In this document: positions 27,613 through 36,291 of the stretch, one piece after another
How the letters are laid out: each line of letters opens with the position of its first letter
Position numbering within the stretch: the stretch's first letter is position 1
From: Minisyncoccota bacterium
GTDB lineage: Bacteria; Patescibacteriota; Minisyncoccia; Phycocordibacterales; UBA9973
Length of the DNA: 64,000 bases
Assembly: GCA_041664745.1 (NCBI GenBank)
Contig: JBAYKD010000001.1
Coordinates: 106,551 to 170,550 of the forward strand
Reading direction: 5' to 3'
Program-made: the position numbers and the translations under genes
The notes under the pieces: model-generated
Database searches by the model: none
Seen by the model: the letters and a program-made list of their open reading frames with translations, nothing else
Told to the model about the DNA's origin: nothing

Positions 27613-28443
27613 TTATTTAATATTATTTTTAACTATTGGTAAGTGGTAAAACCAAAAATTATCTTCTTCTAAATCAAAGGAATCAATAGGAACTATTAAT
27701 GGTTTTACCCCGGTTAAGTTTATCACTTTTTCTAATGCTGGCAAGACTACTTTTTTTGTAAATTCTCCTTCTGCATTTTTTTTATCTTTTAAAACTAAAA
27801 AGTTTTCAAATAAAATTCCAAAACATGTTGTAAGTAAGAAAAAATTTATATAAAAATCAATTGGTTTTTCTTTATCCTTATCTTTACTATACCAATCTAA
27901 TTCATTAAAAAATGAAAAATCCTTAATATTATACAAGTCAAATAATTTTTTGTGAAAATCAATAAGTGATTCACCCCATAATGTTTTTACCTCTTTTAAT
28001 TTTTTACCATTATATTTATTAAAATCAACAATAGTAATTTTTTCAAGGCAATGTTTTTTCTGTTTATCTGTATGATCACAAATATCTAATTGACCCAAAG
28101 AATGTTTATATTTATTATTTGAAGTAAATTTATCTTCAAAATATTCAACAAAAACTGGATTTAAATTGTTGTCTTTTGCCATTGATAGAAACATTCTGTT
28201 TTCATAATTAGGGGTTGCTATTTGTCTAGCCATAATCCCACATTTTTTATTTTTAAAAAGTTCAGGAATATTACCATTTAATAGTTTTTCTACTTTTGTA
28301 ACCAATAATGTATCACTTCTTCTTTCCTCTAAAATTTTAATTGCTTCTGAAAGTGGAGTATAAACAATCTGGTTAAAGATATTCCTATCTGACATTATTT
28401 TATCATAATCCCCAATTGAAACTTTTATTTCTTTTTCTATCAT
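27613..28443 (-). CDS. Soluble hypothetical protein (possible enzyme)
   Basis: 276 aa after a TGcTATAAT leaderless promoter; first gene of the EamA/HK module. Confidence 0.8.
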   Translation of the reverse strand: MIEKEIKVSIGDYDKIMSDRNIFNQIVYTPLSEAIKILEERRSDTLLVTKVEKLLNGNIPELFKNKKCGIMARQIATPNYENRMFLSMAKDNNLNPVFVEYFEDKFTSNNKYKHSLGQLDICDHTDKQKKHCLEKITIVDFNKYNGKKLKEVKTLWGESLIDFHKKLFDLYNIKDFSFFNELDWYSKDKDKEKPIDFYINFFLLTTCFGILFENFLVLKDKKNAEGEFTKKVVLPALEKVINLTGVKPLIVPIDSFDLEEDNFWFYHLPIVKNNIK

Positions 28444-28469
28444 ATATACATTATTATAGCATAAAACCT

Positions 28470-29522
28470 TTAATTCTTTTGACTTTTGAGGGCAGTTAAG
28501 CAAAGTTTATACAAAACACGAGCTCCAACATTACCATCCCATTCATTTCTTTCTCCTTTGTAATCCTTACCTGGGGCAACTTCACATAGATCAAAGCCGA
28601 TTACTCTTCTACCAGACGATAATAATTCTTCAAATAAAAACACAATTTCTTCAATACTAAATCCACCGATAACTGGCGTGCCCGTGTTTGGACTTAGATA
28701 TGGCATAAGGCCATCTATATCAAATGAAATATAAACATTCTTTGGTAAACATTTTATAATTTCTTTATACTTTTTCTTCAATGTACCACCTTCAAAAACA
28801 AATTTTTTAATGTCATAATCAGTGAATAAAGAAATCCTATCTTTTTCTTTTTGAATGAGATTGTATTCCTCATCGCAAAAATCTCTAACTCCTATCTGAA
28901 CTAATTTTGTTACATTTTTGATTTTTAAAGCATTGAAGAAAATAGATGCATGAGAATATGTTAGCCCTTCGTATGCATCGCGTAAATCAGCATGAGCATC
29001 TATATGTAAAATACCAAAGTCATCATACTTCTCACTTAGAGCTTGCATATAGCCAAATGGCACACTATGATCCCCTCCTACTATTCCAACTATTTTCCCT
29101 TCATTTATTAATTTTAAACTTGTCTCTCTGACATATTTATTTATTTCTTCACAATCTTTATTTATATCATCCTGTAATTCTTTATCTATTTCCCCTTCAA
29201 CATATTTATCAATATATTTAGCAACCTTCTCTTTTGTATGTTGATTGTTGTAAAAAATGCTTGTTGGTATATCTTGCATCACGATACCCTCCTGCCATCC
29301 ATTTTGATATAGATTGTCATAAAGATCTATTTGCTGAGATGCATCAAGTATTGCCTTAGGCCCTTCAGCTGTTCCTCCATGATAAGAAACTGTAGCCTCC
29401 CAAGGTACAGGCACAAGCACTACTTTTGATTCTTCTTCTCCAAAAGGTAAGCCAAAAATTCCATGAGAAGTAAGTCCATTCTCATTCTGATTAAAATTTT
29501 TAATTATTTCTTCTTTGTTCAT
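28470..29522 (-). CDS. speB: Agmatinase (ureohydrolase family)
   Basis: GGDHS, DAHADLRD, SHAS, SFDID, TGTP, DLCEV. Confidence 0.92.
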   Translation of the reverse strand: MNKEEIIKNFNQNENGLTSHGIFGLPFGEEESKVVLVPVPWEATVSYHGGTAEGPKAILDASQQIDLYDNLYQNGWQEGIVMQDIPTSIFYNNQHTKEKVAKYIDKYVEGEIDKELQDDINKDCEEINKYVRETSLKLINEGKIVGIVGGDHSVPFGYMQALSEKYDDFGILHIDAHADLRDAYEGLTYSHASIFFNALKIKNVTKLVQIGVRDFCDEEYNLIQKEKDRISLFTDYDIKKFVFEGGTLKKKYKEIIKCLPKNVYISFDIDGLMPYLSPNTGTPVIGGFSIEEIVFLFEELLSSGRRVIGFDLCEVAPGKDYKGERNEWDGNVGARVLYKLCLTALKSQKN

Positions 29523-29551
29523 ATAATTTGTGTAGCTTGTAATTATATTTT

Positions 29552-30736
29552 TTACGACAGTCTATTTTTAAAATCTTTATAATTAAACTTTTTAATAATT
29601 TTAATCTTTCCATTTTTTTCTACTGTTGTAATGTTCGGAAGATTTACCCCGTTGAAAGTATTATTCTTCACCATGGTATATATAGCCATATTCATAAATA
29701 CCAGTTTTTGACCTATTTCAAGCGGTTTGTTGAATGAATACTCACCTATCACGTCTCCTGTAAGGCAACTGGGCCCTACTAGACGATAGTTATTACTATT
29801 GCCTTCTAATGCTTGCTCTGCTCCTAAGATTGTTGGTAAATAAGGCATTTCGAGCACATCAGGCATATGCGTAGTGGCTGATACATCAAGTACTGCTATG
29901 TTTATACCATTTTTGAAAATATCTACTACACTTGCTACAAGTACTCCTGCATTAAGAGCCACAGCTTCTCCTGGCTCTAGATAAATTTCTAGATGAGGAT
30001 ACTTTAATTTGAAATCATTTAATATTTTGCAAAGTAGTTCTAAATTGTAATCTTTTCTAGTTATATGATGTCCACCTCCAAAATTTACCCATTTCATCTG
30101 CGGCAAAAATTCTCCAAATTTTTCTTCAAAAACTTTTAGACTCCTTTCTAATGCATCAGCATTTAGTTCGCAAAGATTATGGAAGTGTAAACCTTCAAGT
30201 CCTGTAATATTTTCTTTATCAAAATTTTCTTTTGTCACTCCAAAATGAGAATTTGGACTACTTGGATCATACATAGAAGTTTCCACTTCACTATGTTCTA
30301 GGTTTACACGAAGACCACAAGAAACTTTCCCTATACACTTACTCTTAAATTTATTCCACTGAGAGCAAGAATTAAAAACTAAATGATCTGCATACTTTAT
30401 ATACTCTTTAATATTTTCCTCTGTATATGAAGGTGAGAAAACGTGTGTCTCTTTGTCAAATTCTTCACACCCAAGACGAGCTTCATTCACCGAGCTTGCC
30501 TCACTTCCCGAAAGATACTTTTTAATTAATGGAAAAGTAGAAAACATCGAAAAACCCTTAAGCGCCATAAGTATATGAGCCCCAGTTTTTTCTTCCACCC
30601 CTTTTAAAATTTTCAGATTGTTTTCAAGCTTTTCTAAGGAAACTACATATGAAGGAGTTTCTACTTTAGAAAAATCTATATTCCAACCTTCCATTTCAAT
30701 CCAAGGTTCTATAAAAATGTTTTCTGTGTTTTTCAT
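29552..30736 (-). CDS. nspC: Carboxy(nor)spermidine decarboxylase
   Basis: ALKGFS, HFHNLCE, NFGGGHHITR, EPGEA, HMPDVLEMPY, CLTGD, YTMVKNNTFNG. Confidence 0.93.
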   Translation of the reverse strand: MKNTENIFIEPWIEMEGWNIDFSKVETPSYVVSLEKLENNLKILKGVEEKTGAHILMALKGFSMFSTFPLIKKYLSGSEASSVNEARLGCEEFDKETHVFSPSYTEENIKEYIKYADHLVFNSCSQWNKFKSKCIGKVSCGLRVNLEHSEVETSMYDPSSPNSHFGVTKENFDKENITGLEGLHFHNLCELNADALERSLKVFEEKFGEFLPQMKWVNFGGGHHITRKDYNLELLCKILNDFKLKYPHLEIYLEPGEAVALNAGVLVASVVDIFKNGINIAVLDVSATTHMPDVLEMPYLPTILGAEQALEGNSNNYRLVGPSCLTGDVIGEYSFNKPLEIGQKLVFMNMAIYTMVKNNTFNGVNLPNITTVEKNGKIKIIKKFNYKDFKNRLS

Positions 30737-30744
30737 TTGTTTAA

Positions 30745-31995
30745 TTAATAACCCTTCTTCAATGCGGCTGGTATATCTTTAAGAGTCTTTATGATAGTAG
30801 TAAGGCCTACTTTTGCCATTTCATCAATGAATATCTTCGAATCAAGGCTTTTATCTTCTGTATTCTTGACTCCTATGCCACCCCATTTACCTTCTAGGAC
30901 TAGTTTTGCACAAGTAACTGTCGGAATTGAAGTTGTATAGCCGATAGCATTGCCTCCTGTTTCTTTATAAGCAGCCTTGTGGTCGCAAACATTATAGATA
31001 TATACAGCTTTTTTCTTGCCAGCCTTTGTTCCAGTGATGATGTTTCCAATATTTGTCTTGCCTACATAGCCGCTATTGAAATCTTCACCTTTTGGTAAAA
31101 TTGCTTTTAAGAATTTAACTGGTACAACTTTTTGTCCATTGTAATCGATGGTATCAATACGTGTAAGTCCAACATTATAAAGAACTCTCAAATATGTAAG
31201 GTATGTCGTAGAAAATGTCATCCAGAAACGAATGCGCTTCAATCCTGGTATGTGTGTAGGAATAGTCTCGAGCTCTTCGTGATACATAAGGTAAGGAGTA
31301 AACTTTCCTGCTTCAGGGAAATTGAATTCAAAGAATGGTGCATCTTCGTCGATAAGCTTCATTCTCTCTTGCCATTTACCTTTCTCCCAGAATTTAATAG
31401 GAAGGATAAGTTCGCGAAGATTTATCTCAGGGTCAAAGTTTGGAGCAAATTTAATCTTTGCATCTTTTGAGCCTCCATTACAATCCAAGATATCTATATT
31501 CTCTATCTTGTCGAACATGTAGTCACGAGCATAAGCTGAATAAATGTTTGAAACTCCTGGGTCAAAACCAGAGCCGAGAATAGCAAGCAAGCCCTTCTTC
31601 TTGAAAGCTTCATTCTTCGCAAGTTGTAATTTATAAGAGAAGCCATACTTCTCAGGGTTTTCATAACAAGCTGTATCTATGTAATTCACACCATATTCTA
31701 GGCAGGCGTCCATCGCCACAAGGTTGTCATATGGACTACCCCAATTCACTACTAATGTTGGTTTCACCTCTTTTAATAATTTAAGAAAATTATCTCCCTT
31801 GCCTACATCTACTATGTGTATATGTAAATCAACTTTGCCCTTAGATTTTTTTAAAACAGATAGACGAACAGCCTCGCATTTACTAGGCGTCCTTCCAACT
31901 ACGTGTATTTCAGTAAAAACATTATTAAATTGGGCCATTTTGTGTAGGCCCACACTTCCAACATTTCCACACCCTATAACTAATATTTTTGACAT
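30745..31995 (-). CDS. Carboxy(nor)spermidine dehydrogenase/synthase (saccharopine dehydrogenase family)
   Basis: GCGNVG, YIDTA, GSGFDPG, DCNGG, NFDPEINLRE, YHEE, FWMTF; adjacent to nspC. Confidence 0.92.
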   Translation of the reverse strand: MSKILVIGCGNVGSVGLHKMAQFNNVFTEIHVVGRTPSKCEAVRLSVLKKSKGKVDLHIHIVDVGKGDNFLKLLKEVKPTLVVNWGSPYDNLVAMDACLEYGVNYIDTACYENPEKYGFSYKLQLAKNEAFKKKGLLAILGSGFDPGVSNIYSAYARDYMFDKIENIDILDCNGGSKDAKIKFAPNFDPEINLRELILPIKFWEKGKWQERMKLIDEDAPFFEFNFPEAGKFTPYLMYHEELETIPTHIPGLKRIRFWMTFSTTYLTYLRVLYNVGLTRIDTIDYNGQKVVPVKFLKAILPKGEDFNSGYVGKTNIGNIITGTKAGKKKAVYIYNVCDHKAAYKETGGNAIGYTTSIPTVTCAKLVLEGKWGGIGVKNTEDKSLDSKIFIDEMAKVGLTTIIKTLKDIPAALKKGY

Positions 31996-32098
31996 GTTTC
32001 AAGTTTACTATTGGTACCCCTATAAGTCAACAATATATCCTTGATTTTTCTCCAGAATATTATAGACTTAAAGAGTTTATTCTTAATTTCATATTAAA

Positions 32099-33448
32099 AT
32101 GACTAAAAAAATAATCGTGAACAAATTTGGAGGAGGAATACTTAAGAAAGAGCTTATTCCTATCATAGCTCTCCGACTCAAAGAACAACTAGGGGAAGGC
32201 TATTCACCTATAGTTGTCGTTTCAGCGATGCCCGGCATAACTGACAGCTTAGTCTCTTTCTTAATAAAATTAAAAGAAAAACCTCTAAAAAAGAATGAGG
32301 TTACCTTACTGGTAGAAAACTACATAATAGAACTCAAGAAAATACATAGCAAAATAATAACCGATATGGAATTCAATAAAGAGTGGAGAAATGAAATCCA
32401 TATTGAATTAGAAAAGTTATTTTTTGAGTTAGAAAAAGATTTGAATAATATTCTTTCCCATGATAATTTAGAAGATAAAATAGTTTCTTATGGTGAAAAA
32501 TTCTCCGCAACTATATTAAGCTTTTATTTTAATCTTTCTAGTATTAATACTAAAAGATTGCTAGCCGAGGAAATTCCAATCATTACAGATGATAATTTTA
32601 AAAATGCTAACATCGAATATAAATTATCAGAAAAGAATATTAAAGACAGTTTATTAAAAATAAAAGAAGTTCCAGTTATTGCCGGATTCACAGGTATAAC
32701 TAAAAATGGAGAGACGACAACCTTGGGACGTGGAGGTACAGATACTACTGCTTGCTTCGTAGGAGCGGCACTTAAGGCACACAAGATAATACTATGGAAA
32801 GATGTCGGAGGAGTGCTCTCAGCAGATCCTAAGATTGTGCCTCATGCTCGCGTGATGCCTACTATTAGTTATCAAGAAGCTGAAGAGTCTGGAAAGATTA
32901 TTCACGAAAAAGCAATAGATTTCGTAAAAATGCATAAAACTCCTATAGACATAACTTCCCTTTCCAATCCTAAATTCTTCACACAAATCAAAGAATTAAA
33001 AACTCATAAAAAGGGCACGAAGCTTATAAGCTCAAAGAAGAATCTAACCCTATTTATAATTACAGACGAAAAGATAAAGACAAATGAGCAGCTAAATATA
33101 GTCACTGGAACTTTCGCTAAATATAAAACTGAGATGATTCTAGTGAGCAATACTAGGCATAGCTTACAAGTCGTAGCTGACAATAGTAATGGAATGCTTG
33201 ATCATGTGTTTAAAGAAATAGAAAGTAAGGTTCACCACATCAAAGCTATTCCGGTAAACATGATATTCTTGGTTGGAAACTTTGATGTAAAAGATGTGAA
33301 TAAATTCAATGACTTGCTTATAAAAATGAAAACTGGTTTACAAATAAGTGCATTTCTTTATGAGAATTGTACTCGTATGGAAGCAGTCGTAGAAACAAAT
33401 AAGATCGATGAAATTATTAGAGTGCTGTATAAAAAATTTATTAAATAA
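32099..33448 (+). CDS. lysC: Aspartate kinase
   Basis: KFGG, VVSAM..TD, GEKFS, TTLGRGGTDTTA, SADP; ACT-like C-terminus. Confidence 0.9.
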   Translation: MTKKIIVNKFGGGILKKELIPIIALRLKEQLGEGYSPIVVVSAMPGITDSLVSFLIKLKEKPLKKNEVTLLVENYIIELKKIHSKIITDMEFNKEWRNEIHIELEKLFFELEKDLNNILSHDNLEDKIVSYGEKFSATILSFYFNLSSINTKRLLAEEIPIITDDNFKNANIEYKLSEKNIKDSLLKIKEVPVIAGFTGITKNGETTTLGRGGTDTTACFVGAALKAHKIILWKDVGGVLSADPKIVPHARVMPTISYQEAEESGKIIHEKAIDFVKMHKTPIDITSLSNPKFFTQIKELKTHKKGTKLISSKKNLTLFIITDEKIKTNEQLNIVTGTFAKYKTEMILVSNTRHSLQVVADNSNGMLDHVFKEIESKVHHIKAIPVNMIFLVGNFDVKDVNKFNDLLIKMKTGLQISAFLYENCTRMEAVVETNKIDEIIRVLYKKFIK

Positions 33449-33459
33449 TAAAATAAAAG

Positions 33460-33551
33460 GCTTCATCAAAAAATTCTTTTCTTCGGGTCCTCGGACGAGG
33501 GGGACGGGATCGGTGCCAGACCAGCTCAGAAAAGAACATTTTTGATTTCGC
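33460..33551 (+). ncRNA. Conserved structured element, copy 2 (5' of asd)
   Basis: GCTTC-ATCAAAAAATTCTTTTCT..GGTCCTCGGACGAGGGGGACGGGATCGGTGCCAGACC..AGAAAAGAACATTTTTGAT-TTCGC. Confidence 0.6.
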
Positions 33552-33564
33552 CTACATGCAATTT

Positions 33565-34653
33565 ATGAAAAAGTATAAAGTAGGAATATTGGGAGCAACC
33601 GGAATGGTTGGACAAAATTATGTGAGACTCTTAGAAAACCATCCATGGTTTCAGGTGGTGTATGTAGCTGCATCGGCAAATTCAGCTGGAGTAAAGTACG
33701 AGGAAGCTGTCCGTGGACGCTGGCATATGAATACTCCTATACCAGAAAAAGTCAGGAATCTAATTGTGGAAGATGTTGCAAACATAGAAAAGGCCGCAAA
33801 GAAATGCGACTTTGTATTTTCAGCTTTTGAAATTTCAGACAAAAATCTTGTAAAAGAAATTGAGGAAAAGTATGCAGCCGCTCACATGCCTGTCGTTTCC
33901 AATGCTTCTGCAAATAGAAAAACTGACGACGTACCGATGCTTATTCCAGAGATCAATTCCGATCATTTAAAGATGATTAAGATCCAACAGAAGAATCACG
34001 GCTGGAGTAAGGGATTTATAGCCGTAAAGCCAAATTGTAGCCTACAGAGCTATTTAACCCCTATATATGCCCTAAATAAGGCAGGATTCCCAGTAAAAAA
34101 GATCATTATTACTACCTTGCAGGCAGTTTCTGGCGCTGGATACCCTGGAGTACCAAGTTTAGATATGATAGACAATGTCGTACCATTTATTGGTGGCGAA
34201 GAAGAAAAAACAGAAGAAGAACCACTAAAAATTCTTGGATCAATAGTAAATAATAAATTTGTTAATAATAAAGATTTAACTGTTTCTGCTACTTGTACTC
34301 GTGTGCCTGTTACCAACGGACACTTAGCTACAGTAAATATTTTATTTAAAGACAAGAAGCCAAGTAAAGAAGAAATAATTAAAATTTGGACAAACTTTAA
34401 ATCAGTCCCACAGGATTTGAAATTGCCATTTGCACCCTCAAGTCCAATAATTTATAGAGAGGAAGAAAATCGTCCACAGCCAAGCAAGGATCGCGATACG
34501 GACAAAGGTATGGCCGTCACAATCGGACGATTACGTCCATGTAAAATATTTGATTATAAGTTCGTGGCCCTTTCCCACAACACAGTTCGCGGCGCCGCTG
34601 GCGGAGGAATTCTAAATGCTGAGCTTCTAGTGAAAGAAGGTTATATTAAATAA
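33565..34653 (+). CDS. asd: Aspartate-semialdehyde dehydrogenase
   Basis: GATGMVGQ, PEIN, KPNCS, QAVSGAG, EEEK, SHNTVRGAAG. Confidence 0.95.
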   Translation: MKKYKVGILGATGMVGQNYVRLLENHPWFQVVYVAASANSAGVKYEEAVRGRWHMNTPIPEKVRNLIVEDVANIEKAAKKCDFVFSAFEISDKNLVKEIEEKYAAAHMPVVSNASANRKTDDVPMLIPEINSDHLKMIKIQQKNHGWSKGFIAVKPNCSLQSYLTPIYALNKAGFPVKKIIITTLQAVSGAGYPGVPSLDMIDNVVPFIGGEEEKTEEEPLKILGSIVNNKFVNNKDLTVSATCTRVPVTNGHLATVNILFKDKKPSKEEIIKIWTNFKSVPQDLKLPFAPSSPIIYREEENRPQPSKDRDTDKGMAVTIGRLRPCKIFDYKFVALSHNTVRGAAGGGILNAELLVKEGYIK

Positions 34654-34681
34654 TAATTTTCACAAATATTATTGTGTATGT

Positions 34682-34717
34682 TGTCTATAATTTACGCATA
34701 TGCTTATATTGTAGACA
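34682..34717. repeat. 36-bp imperfect palindrome, downstream copy
   Basis: TGTCTA-TAATTTAC-GCATATGC-TTATATTG-TAGACA. Confidence 0.85.
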
Positions 34718-34728
34718 ATTTTAAAAAA

Positions 34729-35319
34729 TTAAATTAATTCAAAATGCTTCTTAAGTTTTTGTTCGTGAAGCATTTTAGTCACAGTAAATATCTCTATATA
34801 GTTTAATACACCCCAGAAATCAGCTATAAAAAGTATCTCATCCTCACACTTATAAGGATGGACCCAAACACTTTTTTGAATCTGAATAAAACCTAATTGT
34901 TTTAATTTATACCTGAAAGCATTTCTTGATTTTTTAAAGCGTACTGGAAAATCAAAAATAACAACTTGCCATTCCCCATTCCACTTATTAGCCTTCTTTA
35001 TCTCTATTGTTTCAATAGCAAATGAGCGTATATAAGATTCTCCTCTCTTAGTAATTTTTATAATTTGTTGACCATTTTTAGATGAGATGAATTCAATCAT
35101 CTTTTTTCGTTTCAAATAATCAATAGTTTTATCTATTTGTCTTTTATTAAATCTTCTACCACCCTTAAATGTTTCAAATAGTTGAATCGCATTACCAGCA
35201 ATTAAAGCAACACCTAAAAAAGCTGAAACTGCCAGAATACCTAAAACAATTTTAGTGGCTTTTGCCTCTGCTTTATCTGATTTCAAAAAGTTCTCTATTT
35301 GTAAAAGATATTTATTCAT
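34729..35319 (-). CDS. PaaX-like protein (winged helix + Cas2-like ferredoxin domain)
   Basis: wHTH ending IKITKRG, then WNGEWQVVIFDFP...RNAFRYKLKQLGFIQIQKSVWV. Confidence 0.85.
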   Translation of the reverse strand: MNKYLLQIENFLKSDKAEAKATKIVLGILAVSAFLGVALIAGNAIQLFETFKGGRRFNKRQIDKTIDYLKRKKMIEFISSKNGQQIIKITKRGESYIRSFAIETIEIKKANKWNGEWQVVIFDFPVRFKKSRNAFRYKLKQLGFIQIQKSVWVHPYKCEDEILFIADFWGVLNYIEIFTVTKMLHEQKLKKHFELI

Positions 35320-35354
35320 GTCTATTATTTTAGCATATGCTTAATTTATAGACA
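35319..35354. repeat. 36-bp imperfect palindrome, upstream copy (covers promoter and start)
   Basis: TGTCTA-TTATTTTA-GCATATGC-TTAATTTA-TAGACA; 30/36 identical to 34682-34717. Confidence 0.85.
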
Positions 35355-35378
35355 AATTAAAATATATAGAATAATATA

Positions 35379-36281
35379 TTAGTTAATTAAATTGATAGGA
35401 TTACCTTTTAGGTATGCTTCAATATTATCAATCATCATTTTACTAGCTTTTCTATCAGTTGCATCAGTGTTATATGCTATATGTGGAGTAGCTAAGACTT
35501 TTGGATGATTAGCTAATTTAATATAGGAAGAATCATTAACATCACCAACCTGAATTGAGGCACAGTCACTAGCAATACCTGCCAAAATGTTTTTATCTAA
35601 AGCTTCAATCATTACTTCTGCATCATATATTTTAGGACTAGTTACTGTTAAAAAATATGAGCCCTTTTTAAGGGAATTAAAGAATTCTTTATTTAGCAAA
35701 CCCTTAGTTGTTTCATTTGAACCCAAAGTATCAACTACAACATCAGCCTCTTTTACAGATTCAATTAGATTATCATTCTTTGTAAAATATTTAACATTCA
35801 TCTCTAATGCCTCACATATCTTACCAACCCTAAACCCAACATTACCCTTGCCTAAAATTGTAATATTTTTATCAACTAATCCTTTTGTTTCTTTTGGAAT
35901 ATTATCGGATTCTTTTTTATTAATCCAATTTGGTAAATCTCTTAACAGATTGAGGATCATTGCAATTATCCATTCACTAACAGCTTCCTTATTACAGCCA
36001 GGGCAATTTGAAACTTTTATATTTCTTTTATTTAGTACATCTCTATTTAGAAAGTCTGTTGCAACGAAAGGCAAGGACAAAAAAGTATTTTCCAATTCTT
36101 GATATTTAAGTTTTAATCCAAATTTACCAGAACAAATAACATCTGCTCCTTTACATCTTTCAAGCCAGTCTTCGGGAATCTTTGGTAAGTCATCATAGTA
36201 TTTAACCTCGCCTAATTTATTTAGTCTTTCTTTTTCTTCAATATTTAAACCTAAATCTTGGGTTACAACTATTTTAGTCAT
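35379..36281 (-). CDS. D-isomer-specific 2-hydroxyacid dehydrogenase family protein
   Basis: NCPG...AVSE, GKGNVG Rossmann motif, TPHIA. Confidence 0.85.
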   Translation of the reverse strand: MTKIVVTQDLGLNIEEKERLNKLGEVKYYDDLPKIPEDWLERCKGADVICSGKFGLKLKYQELENTFLSLPFVATDFLNRDVLNKRNIKVSNCPGCNKEAVSEWIIAMILNLLRDLPNWINKKESDNIPKETKGLVDKNITILGKGNVGFRVGKICEALEMNVKYFTKNDNLIESVKEADVVVDTLGSNETTKGLLNKEFFNSLKKGSYFLTVTSPKIYDAEVMIEALDKNILAGIASDCASIQVGDVNDSSYIKLANHPKVLATPHIAYNTDATDRKASKMMIDNIEAYLKGNPINLIN

Positions 36282-36291
36282 AAAAATTTAA

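Noticed and set aside
34682-35354. CRISPR array with cas2
   Set aside because: Only two 36-bp repeats, separated by a whole gene; no spacer series and no cas1 or effector genes. The Cas2 fold is part of a PaaX-like protein.
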